From NCBI GenBank assembly GCA_014190575.1, contig BJGQ01000001.1:123664-187663 (forward strand): 64,000 nt of DNA, written 5' to 3'. This document shows, in pieces, positions 26,609 to 34,554 of the stretch (position 1 is the stretch's first letter; every line of letters begins with the position of its first letter). This DNA is from Bacteroidota bacterium. Lineage in GTDB: Bacteria > Bacteroidota > Bacteroidia > Chitinophagales > UBA10324. The notes beneath the pieces were generated by a model. The model was not told the DNA's origin, made no database searches, and worked only from the letters and a program-made list of their open reading frames with translations. The position numbers and the translations under genes are program-made.

Positions 26609-28107
26609 AAAAAATATTAAGCGCCACTCAACTTCGCGAAGCCGATCAGTTTACAATTGAACACGAACCCATCAGCAGTATTGAATTGATGGAGCGCGCT
26701 GTAAATGCATTTACAAAAACTTATTGCAAACAATTTAATAAATCTCGTTCCGTTAAAATTTTTTGTGGCCCCGGTAATAATGGAGGTGATGGATTAGCGA
26801 TTGCACGATTACTTACCAAAAAAAAATACGATGTTCAGGTTTATATTTTACAAAATGATTTTTCGTTCAGCGAAGATTTTATTCTGAATGAAGCAAGACT
26901 TAAAAATAAAAACCGAGTTCCGTTGCATTATATTTCTGACAGCAACTTCCCTCCTATTCAGGAACGCGATGTGGTGATTGATGCATTGTGGGGAAGTGGT
27001 TTATCACGACCACTCACGGGTATTGCTGAAGCTTTGGTGAAATACATTAATGAACACAAGTCAACTACTGTGGCAGTTGATATTCCATCCGGAATGTTTG
27101 CTGATGGACCAACAACAGGAACTGCGATACAAGCGGATTTCACTTACACTTTCGAATTGCCAAAACTCGGATTTTTGTTTGCTGAGAATTATGAATATGT
27201 GGGTGAATGGAAAGCATTGGATATTGGTTTGGATAAGTTTTTTATTTCTGAAATTGCTTCTTCTCAATTTATTCTTCAGGAAAAAGATATCAGAAAAATT
27301 CTTCGTCCTCGAAAAAAATTTGATCACAAAGGAAAATTCGGTCATGCATTAATAGTTGCGGGAAGCTCCGGAAAAATTGGTGCTGCATTGTTGTGTTCCA
27401 CTGCTTGTTTAAAAAGCGGAGCCGGATTAGTGACTGCACACATTCCACGAATAGGAAATAATATTTTGCAAACCGGATTGCCTGATGCAATGATTACATT
27501 GGATGATCATGAAAACATGATTACTAAAATTCCTGCGACAGAAAATTATACAACCATTGGAATAGGTTCGGGAATAGGAATTGAAAGTTTAACTCAACAG
27601 GCATTCATTAATTTATTAAGTCGTTACCGCAGACCAATGGTAATTGATGCCGATGCAATAAATATTTTATCGCTGAATAAAGGTTGGCTGGAGTATGTAC
27701 CGAAGGGAAGCATTTTAACTCCGCACCCGAAAGAATTTGAAAGGTTGTTTGGAAAATCGCCCAATTCATTTGAGCGGATAAAAAAACAAACAGAACTTTC
27801 CATCGCTCATAAATTTATTATTGTATTAAAAGGTGCTTACACCAGTATCAGCACACCTGAAGGAAATATTTTTTTTAATCCAACCGGAAATCCGGGAATG
27901 GCGAAAGGCGGAAGCGGTGATGTGCTCACCGGAATGATTACCGCTTTTTTATCTCAAGGTTACTCATCGGAACAAGCCGCGATGATGGGAGTATATTTGC
28001 ACGGATTGGCAGGTAATCTTGCTTTAAAAAACAAAACCAACTACAACATCACTGCAAGTGATCAGATTCAACACATAGCGAATGCATTTAAAAAAATATT
28101 GTCCTGA
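26605..28107 (+). CDS. nnr: bifunctional NAD(P)H-hydrate repair enzyme Nnr (epimerase + ADP-dependent dehydratase)
   Basis: 500 aa. The N-terminal YjeF_N motif is 'CGPGNNGGDGLAIAR' and the C-terminal carbohydrate-kinase-type motif is 'GNPGMAKGGSGDVLTG'. The GTG start overlaps the previous stop (GTGA). Confidence 0.9.
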   Translation: MKKILSATQLREADQFTIEHEPISSIELMERAVNAFTKTYCKQFNKSRSVKIFCGPGNNGGDGLAIARLLTKKKYDVQVYILQNDFSFSEDFILNEARLKNKNRVPLHYISDSNFPPIQERDVVIDALWGSGLSRPLTGIAEALVKYINEHKSTTVAVDIPSGMFADGPTTGTAIQADFTYTFELPKLGFLFAENYEYVGEWKALDIGLDKFFISEIASSQFILQEKDIRKILRPRKKFDHKGKFGHALIVAGSSGKIGAALLCSTACLKSGAGLVTAHIPRIGNNILQTGLPDAMITLDDHENMITKIPATENYTTIGIGSGIGIESLTQQAFINLLSRYRRPMVIDADAINILSLNKGWLEYVPKGSILTPHPKEFERLFGKSPNSFERIKKQTELSIAHKFIIVLKGAYTSISTPEGNIFFNPTGNPGMAKGGSGDVLTGMITAFLSQGYSSEQAAMMGVYLHGLAGNLALKNKTNYNITASDQIQHIANAFKKILS

Positions 28108-28738
28108 TTATCTATTCATTTTTCTTTTTGCATTCACATTGTTGTTTTCGCAGTCGTGTAACACTGCTTCAAAAGTTCAGGCCACACAAGTTGTCATTGC
28201 TCCAAGAAATAATTCACCGGTAGAAAAACTTTCAACCAAAACAATAGCGATAAACGACACCCAAAAAGTTGATTTAAAACTTTCAGTCAATCACAACGAA
28301 AATGTTTATGCTTCAACTTTATTTACAAAGTATGCTGATATACTTGGAGTGAAATCAACTGAACTCACCAATGAAAAATTATATAAACTGATTGATGAAT
28401 GGTGGAATGTACCATATAAATATGCAGGTAATGGCAAGAGCGGAATTGATTGCAGCGGATTTTCATGCATGGTTTTAAAAACTGTTTACAACAAAGAAAT
28501 TGTCAGGGGCTCAGCAGAAATGTATAATGAAACCGAGCGTGTGCAAAAAGAAGATTTAATAGAAGGTGATTTGGTTTTTTTTAGAATTCGTCGCGGACAC
28601 ATATCACATGTTGGTGTTTATCTTATGAATAACATGTTCGTGCACGCGAGTGTAAAACACGGAGTATCCATCAGCAGCCTCGATGATCCCTTTTATAAAA
28701 AAGTATTTGCTTCAGGAGGCCGGTTGAATAAAAAATAG
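28082..28738 (+). CDS. C40 (NlpC/P60) family lipoprotein
   Basis: 218 aa. The lipobox is 'LLFSQSC'. The catalytic Cys lies in 'GIDCSGFSCMVLK' and the His in 'ISHVGVY...FVHAS'. It overlaps the 3' end of nnr by 26 nt. Confidence 0.85.
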   Translation: MHLKKYCPDYLFIFLFAFTLLFSQSCNTASKVQATQVVIAPRNNSPVEKLSTKTIAINDTQKVDLKLSVNHNENVYASTLFTKYADILGVKSTELTNEKLYKLIDEWWNVPYKYAGNGKSGIDCSGFSCMVLKTVYNKEIVRGSAEMYNETERVQKEDLIEGDLVFFRIRRGHISHVGVYLMNNMFVHASVKHGVSISSLDDPFYKKVFASGGRLNKK

Positions 28739-28795
28739 CTTCAGAATAATTTTTCTGCCAAGTCTATATTCAAGAAACAATTTATTGTTAAATTT

Positions 28796-28996
28796 TTATT
28801 GAATGATATAACAGGATGTAGTTGCTGTTTCTAAAACAATGCACTTGCTTGAAGCATCATTCGCATTTTTTGCAGTAACTGTTGTAGTAGAAACAACAGT
28901 GCTGTTTGAATTAGTTAAACACTTACAGGTATAACTTTTCATGCAGGAACATAAAGTTAATGCCATAAAACCAAGTAGAAGAAATATCTTTTTCAA
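28796..28996 (-). CDS. small Cys-rich putative lipoprotein (66 aa)
   Basis: The sequence begins 'MKKIFLLLGFMALTLCSC...' (signal peptide plus lipobox). The mature part is S/T-rich with 5 further Cys. The start codon is TTG, and the only internal ATG would destroy the signal peptide. No homology evidence. Confidence 0.45.
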   Translation of the reverse strand: MKKIFLLLGFMALTLCSCMKSYTCKCLTNSNSTVVSTTTVTAKNANDASSKCIVLETATTSCYIIQ

Positions 28997-29135
28997 AAAA
29001 TTTATTTAGAAAGTCCAAAACAATTTTGATTGACAATTATACAATCAATAATTTCTTATTCATTAAAGTAATTGATTGAATAAATTTTTTGATTTTCTGT
29101 TGAACAGGATATTCCTGTTGAAATAATTTTAATTG

Positions 29136-29221
29136 TGCCCGGGGCGGGAATCGAACCCGCACCGCCGTTTCGGGCGACAGGATTTTAAGTCCTGCGTGTC
29201 TACCAGTTCCACCACCCGGGC
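29136..29221 (-). tRNA. tRNA-Leu (anticodon TAA), type II
   Basis: The reverse complement is GCCCGGGTGGTGGAACTGGTAGACACGCAGGACTTAAAATCCTGTCGCCCGAAACGGCGGTGCGGGTTCGATTCCCGCCCCGGGCA. The anticodon stem is CAGGA/TCCTG with loop CTTAAAA. The T-arm is GCGGG-TTCGATT-CCCGC. Confidence 0.9.
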
Positions 29222-29334
29222 GCTTCACTTGCGTGAAAAATTCCAGTAGAAGATTATTTGTCAATCATAAAAATCATTAGAAGAAAACTACATTTCTAAT
29301 AACTAAACAGATAAAACAAATAACTTAAATAATG

Positions 29335-29407
<73 letters not shown>

Positions 29408-29535
29408 TTAAATTATTATTTCAAAAAAACTACTTTCTGATTTGATAAAAAAACTGCGCTGTGTTGCAATCAAATTTTATCGAGCCGCAAATATAGAGTT
29501 TGACTCTAAAAATCATAATGAAGAAAAAAGAATTT

Positions 29536-32139
29536 TCAATCGTCTAAACTCTTCTTCAGCTCGTGTAGTTTCAATAATGCTTCTACAGGGGTTAAAGTAT
29601 TAATTTCTATTTGCTCAATTTGTTCTTTTATTTTTTTTAACTGCGGATTTCCAGCTTCAAAAATGCTGAGTTGAATTTCTTTTGGCTTTAATTCTCGTGT
29701 AATTTTTTTCAAATCACTGCCAATTGATTTGGATTCCATTTGAGCTAAAATATCATTGGCTCGTTCCACCACCGAAGTTGGTATACCTGCAATCTTAGCC
29801 ACATGAATACCAAATGAATGTTGGCTTCCACCTTCAACCAATTTCCTAAGAAAAATAATTTTATTACCACTCTCGCGAATTGATACATTAAAACTTCGTA
29901 TCCGTGGAAATTTTTCTTCCAATTCATTCAGCTCATGATAGTGAGTGGCGAAAAGTGTTTTGGGTTTTCCCTTTGAATTGGTATGCAGGTATTCTGCAAT
30001 TGCCCATGCAATACTGATTCCATCGAATGTGCTTGTTCCTCTTCCGATTTCATCCAATAAGATTAAACTGCGCTCACTGATGTTGTTCAGAATGCTGGCG
30101 GTTTCACTCATCTCCACCATAAATGTTGATTCGCCTGAAGAAATATTATCGGAAGCCCCTACCCTCGTAAATATTTTATCAACCATTCCTATTCGTGCCG
30201 AAGCAGCAGGAACAAAGCATCCCATCTGCGCCATCAATACAATTAAAGCAGTTTGGCGAATCAATGCTGATTTACCTGCCATGTTTGGTCCTGTGATAAT
30301 GATAATTTGCTGTGATTCATTATCCAGAAAAATATCATTTGGAACATACTGTTCTCCCAATGGAAGTTGCTGTTCAATAACAGGATGTCTTCCATCTTTT
30401 ATATCAATCACAAAACTGTCATCTAGTTTTGGTTTGTGATAATTGTGTTTTAACGAAATAGTAGTGAACGATTGCAAACAATCTAATCGAGCAAGCACTG
30501 ATGCATTCAATTGAATCACTTGTACATAGTCATTCAGTTCGTTTACCAATTCAGAAAAAAGTTGTTGTTCGAGTTCCAGGATTTTTTCTTCAGCCCCAAG
30601 AATTTTTTCTTCATACTCTTTCAATGCCGGAGTTACATATCGCTCGGCACTCACTAATGTCTGTTTGCGAATCCAATCTGCAGGCACACGACTCTTGTGC
30701 GTGTTGGTCACTTCCAAATAATAGCCATGAATATTATTGAAACCGATTTTCAATGAAGTGATTCCGGTTTTTTCAATTTCATCTTTCTGAATCTGCAGTA
30801 AATATTCTTTACCTGAGTAAGCGAGATTTCTATATTCATCTAACTGAACGGAGACACCATTTTTTATTACTCCGCCTTTTTGAATTATTGCTGGTGCTTC
30901 ATCATGCAAAGTTTTTTCAATTTTTTCTCTGATATAAATGCATGGATTCAACTGACCTGAAACATTCTGTAATGCTTCATGTGATTGAAAATCATTAATT
31001 AGTTTTTCAACTGAAATCAATGCTCTTCGTAACTGAATAACTTCACGCGGATTTATTTTCCCCAATGGAACGCGTGCAATCAATCGTTCTAAATCGCCAG
31101 CTTGCTTTAATCCTGTTTGCAAATGTTTTAACAATTCAGTTTCACGGATAAATAATTCCACCATTTCCAACCGCTCTTCAATCTGGTGTTTATCTTTTAA
31201 CGGAAGCACCACCCACTTGCGCATCATTCGTGAACCCATTGGGCTCAGCGTGTGATCCATCACCTGCAACAATGACTTTCCATGTTCGTGCTGGCATTGT
31301 AAAAGTTCGAGGTTGCGAATAGTGAAGCGATCTAACCACATATATCGCTCCTCTTCAATTCTTGAAATGGATGTGATGTGACCAATGTTCGGATGTTCAG
31401 TATCAGATAAATATTGAAGTGCTGCACCACAGGCAATGATTGCCGGTTTCATTTCATCAATGCCAAAACCCTTTAACGACTGAACCTGAAAATGCCGTTG
31501 TAATAATTCATTGGTATAATCAAACTGAAAAATCCAATCGTCAATGGAATAAGTATAAAATCGCGAACCGAACTGTGTGATAAAATCTTTTTTATACGAC
31601 TTGCTGAAAATAATTTCACTTGGTTTTAAACTCTGCAACATTTTATCGGCATACTCTGCATTTCCTTGCGCTGCATAAAATTCTCCTGTGCTGATATCTA
31701 AAAATGCTAAACCAAAAAACTGCCCATCGAAGTGAATGGCACACAAAAAATTATTTGCTCTGTGATCAAGTAGTTTTTCATTGTCAGTTACACCCGGAGT
31801 AATCATTTCAGTAACCCCTCGCTTAACAATGGTCTTAGTTAATTTCGGATCCTCCAGTTGATCGCATATCGCAACGCGATAACCAGCCTTAACTAATTTC
31901 GGCAAATAATTATCAAGTGAATGATATGGAAATCCTGCCAATTCAACAAAAGATGCTGAACCATTTGCTCTGCGTGTTAAAACAATTCCTAAAACTTTTG
32001 AAGTAGTTACAGCATCCTGTTCAAATGTTTCATAAAAATCTCCTACTCTGAATAACAAGATTGCATCGGGATACTTCCCCTTTATCTTATTATACTGAGC
32101 CATCAAAGGCGTTTCTTTTATTTCTTTAACCTTGTTCAA
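29536..32139 (-). CDS. mutS: DNA mismatch repair protein MutS
   Basis: 867 aa. It carries 'TPLMAQYNKIKGKYPDAILLFRVGDFYE' (mismatch-binding N-terminus), Walker A 'GPNMAGKS' and 'STFMVEM'. The annotated start is a TTG at 32139, with no ATG upstream of the conserved N-terminus. Confidence 0.95.
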   Translation of the reverse strand: MNKVKEIKETPLMAQYNKIKGKYPDAILLFRVGDFYETFEQDAVTTSKVLGIVLTRRANGSASFVELAGFPYHSLDNYLPKLVKAGYRVAICDQLEDPKLTKTIVKRGVTEMITPGVTDNEKLLDHRANNFLCAIHFDGQFFGLAFLDISTGEFYAAQGNAEYADKMLQSLKPSEIIFSKSYKKDFITQFGSRFYTYSIDDWIFQFDYTNELLQRHFQVQSLKGFGIDEMKPAIIACGAALQYLSDTEHPNIGHITSISRIEEERYMWLDRFTIRNLELLQCQHEHGKSLLQVMDHTLSPMGSRMMRKWVVLPLKDKHQIEERLEMVELFIRETELLKHLQTGLKQAGDLERLIARVPLGKINPREVIQLRRALISVEKLINDFQSHEALQNVSGQLNPCIYIREKIEKTLHDEAPAIIQKGGVIKNGVSVQLDEYRNLAYSGKEYLLQIQKDEIEKTGITSLKIGFNNIHGYYLEVTNTHKSRVPADWIRKQTLVSAERYVTPALKEYEEKILGAEEKILELEQQLFSELVNELNDYVQVIQLNASVLARLDCLQSFTTISLKHNYHKPKLDDSFVIDIKDGRHPVIEQQLPLGEQYVPNDIFLDNESQQIIIITGPNMAGKSALIRQTALIVLMAQMGCFVPAASARIGMVDKIFTRVGASDNISSGESTFMVEMSETASILNNISERSLILLDEIGRGTSTFDGISIAWAIAEYLHTNSKGKPKTLFATHYHELNELEEKFPRIRSFNVSIRESGNKIIFLRKLVEGGSQHSFGIHVAKIAGIPTSVVERANDILAQMESKSIGSDLKKITRELKPKEIQLSIFEAGNPQLKKIKEQIEQIEINTLTPVEALLKLHELKKSLDD

Positions 32140-32188
32140 TTTGAATCACTAAATATGCAGGCAAAATAAATCACTGAATTTAAAATTC

Positions 32189-32722
32189 ATGAGAAAAATA
32201 TTAAATGAAGAATTAGGTCGAATTTCCATTGCTGAATTTCGAAAGAAAGAAAAATTAAATGTGGTAATCGTGTTGGATAATATCAGAAGTGCTCACAATG
32301 GAGGAAGTGTTTTCAGAACTGCCGATGCATTTGCTGTTAAAGCAATTCATTGCTGCGGAATAACCGCTGTGCCGCCTAATCGTGATTTATTAAAAGCATC
32401 TTTGGGTTCACAGGATTCAATTGAATGGAAATACTTTAAAACAACAATGGATTCCATTTCAGAATTAAAAAAAGTTGGTTTTAAAATTATAGGAGTTGAA
32501 CAAATTGATAAAAGTATATCACTTACCAATTTTCAATTTTCAGGAAAAGAAAAAATTGCTTTTGTATTTGGAAATGAAGTTCACGGTTTAAGTGATGAAA
32601 TTTTAAATGAGTTGGATTCAGCGATAGAAATTCCGCAATTCGGAACCAAGCATTCATTTAATATTTCAGTGTCGGCAGGAATTGTTCTTTGGGATTATTT
32701 CTCGAAAATATATTCTGAATAA
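32189..32722 (+). CDS. TrmH/SpoU-family RNA 2'-O-methyltransferase
   Basis: 177 aa. 'NIRSAHNGGSVFRTADAF', 'FVFGNEVHGLS' and 'IEIPQFGTKHSFNISVSAGIVLW' are the three SpoU motifs. Confidence 0.85.
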   Translation: MRKILNEELGRISIAEFRKKEKLNVVIVLDNIRSAHNGGSVFRTADAFAVKAIHCCGITAVPPNRDLLKASLGSQDSIEWKYFKTTMDSISELKKVGFKIIGVEQIDKSISLTNFQFSGKEKIAFVFGNEVHGLSDEILNELDSAIEIPQFGTKHSFNISVSAGIVLWDYFSKIYSE

Positions 32723-32755
32723 CTACAAATGCCTTTCATCAATTCATAAAAAGAA

Positions 32756-32785
32756 GAAGGGCGATTCGAAAACGAATCGCCCTTC
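32756..32785. terminator. rho-independent terminator between convergent trmH-like and ompA-like genes
   Basis: A perfect 13-bp GC-rich stem pairs 'gaagggcgattcg' with 'cgaatcgcccttc' around an AAAA loop. On the minus strand it is followed by 'ttcttcttttt', so it best fits the ompA-like gene. Confidence 0.65.
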
Positions 32786-32809
32786 ATTCAACATCAAAAC
32801 TGTTTTTAT

Positions 32810-34435
32810 TTACTTGCTTATTTCAACATCAACACGACGGTTAACATTGTAAGCAGATTTCATTAATGGGCTCTTTTCACCCTGTGAAGAAGCAGTAATT
32901 CTACCACCATCAACACCATAATATTTTACTAAGTAATCTTTAACAGCATTTGCACGCTTCATTCCAAGATCATTGTTGTAACCATCAGAACCTCTTTCAT
33001 CAGCATTACCAACAACATTAATTTTTACAGTTGCATTTGCCTTCATGTATTTTGCCAACTCGCTCAACTCAGGATAATACATTCCTTTAATTTCGCTCTT
33101 ATTCAAATCAAAATAAATGGTTGGTGGGATATAGCCGCTTGAAGTATTTCCAGTTGCAAAGTCTTGCTTAATAGTTTTACCCTGATAATTTACTAAAGCA
33201 CCTGGTTTAGAATTTGGCTCTTTATCGTTTACATCTGCAACACCATCACCATCTGCATCGTTTGGTTTTCCATCAGCGTCAACAGTTGCACCTTTAGGCG
33301 AGAACAAATCTGAATCTTTTGCATCAGGAACACCATCACCATCAACATCTAAACTTACACCTGATCCATCAACCTTATTTCCTGCAGCTGTATTAGGTTC
33401 TTTGTCAAAAATATCAGCAACACCATCGTTATCAGAATCGGTAGTCATTTTTCTCATTTTATCAGCAAGCAACTGATACTCGTCATACATTGTTTCAGTT
33501 GGGTCCATCCATTCTACATAATCCTTATTTTCATCTTTACCAACAAACTTGTAAGTAAGAGTCAAGTTAGTCATCATGTATTTATCATTATTCTTTTTAA
33601 CTGCATTTCTTAGATCGGCAACATAACCGTCAAGTTTATCAGTAACAACAAAATGCATGGTGTTTTCTAAACCTAAATCAAATGAACGAGAAAGTTTATA
33701 TTTAATACCTAATGCAACTGGAAATTCCATCTCCAAAGTTTTGCCTGAATATCCACGAAGATATCCTCCAATATGGTCGCTTGAACTACCATAACGAACT
33801 GAATCATAATTATTAAAATGAACAAATGGTAAGGTTGAATCCATTCCAGTTGGTCTCTTACTGTAAAGAGATTTAATTTTTGAATCGAAAGAAACAAATC
33901 CAATTCCAAATGAAGTATAAACTCCGATTTTTCTGCTGCTCTTAGGTTTTTGATTTGCCTTTTTTAAACTCATGGCAAGATTTGAAAGATTAATATACAA
34001 ATCAGCACTTCCATGAATGATATTGGTTTCAAAATAAATTGGTTCTGAAAAACCAACCTTCTTCCAGATATTAGCATCTTCAAAAAATTTTCCAGCCTTT
34101 ACATCTACCTTATTTTGATAATCAGAAATGCCTGTTAGTTTTCCATAAAGGAAATTTCCTTGGATTCCGAAAACGCTACTACACATTTGATTTAATGAAA
34201 TTCCAAATCCAGGTTTCCACTCTGAAACTTTTGGATCCCCAGCGGAAACACGAGCAAAATCAAATGATCTAATGTCAGTGTAAGCACTTGTAATTCCACC
34301 TTTAAGAGTAATAGAAGTTCCTTTGTAGTACTTCTTTGCATCCTGCATCATTTGAGCCTTAACAGGCAAGCAATGAGTAAGCACAAGTGTAAAGAGTGCC
34401 GAGACAAGGAAAATTTTTGTTGATTTCATAAGCAT
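32810..34435 (-). CDS. OmpA-family outer membrane protein with thrombospondin type-3 (Asp-rich Ca-binding) repeats
   Basis: The C-terminal OmpA domain contains 'VVGNADERGSDGYNNDLGMKRANAVKDYLV'. The TSP3-like repeats are 'DSDNDGVADIFDKEPNT', 'DVDGDGVPDAKDSD' and 'DADGDGVADVNDKEPN'. The ATG at 34435 (MLMKSTKIFLVSALF...) gives a normal signal peptide; the track start at 34495 is an upstream extension. Confidence 0.85.
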   Translation of the reverse strand: MLMKSTKIFLVSALFTLVLTHCLPVKAQMMQDAKKYYKGTSITLKGGITSAYTDIRSFDFARVSAGDPKVSEWKPGFGISLNQMCSSVFGIQGNFLYGKLTGISDYQNKVDVKAGKFFEDANIWKKVGFSEPIYFETNIIHGSADLYINLSNLAMSLKKANQKPKSSRKIGVYTSFGIGFVSFDSKIKSLYSKRPTGMDSTLPFVHFNNYDSVRYGSSSDHIGGYLRGYSGKTLEMEFPVALGIKYKLSRSFDLGLENTMHFVVTDKLDGYVADLRNAVKKNNDKYMMTNLTLTYKFVGKDENKDYVEWMDPTETMYDEYQLLADKMRKMTTDSDNDGVADIFDKEPNTAAGNKVDGSGVSLDVDGDGVPDAKDSDLFSPKGATVDADGKPNDADGDGVADVNDKEPNSKPGALVNYQGKTIKQDFATGNTSSGYIPPTIYFDLNKSEIKGMYYPELSELAKYMKANATVKINVVGNADERGSDGYNNDLGMKRANAVKDYLVKYYGVDGGRITASSQGEKSPLMKSAYNVNRRVDVEISK

Positions 34436-34554
34436 TGTTTTGATGTTTGAAACAGTTATTTTTTTATTGAGCACAAAGATAATCAGAAAGAACAAAAAAC
34501 AAGGTTTTCAAAAAATAATCAGCACACAAATTTGTTCATTGTCTAAATATTTTA

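Noticed and set aside
29037-29264. 75-aa ORF in the track
   Set aside because: It runs straight through tRNA-Leu(TAA) at 29136-29221, and its peptide 'PGGGTGRHAGLKILSPETAVRVRFPPRAQ' is the tRNA read as protein.
29745-30740. ORFs overlapping mutS: 29745-29927 (minus strand, out of frame), and 29945-30439 and 30501-30740 (plus strand, antisense)
   Set aside because: They lie inside the conserved ATPase-domain coding region of mutS and carry no recognisable motifs.
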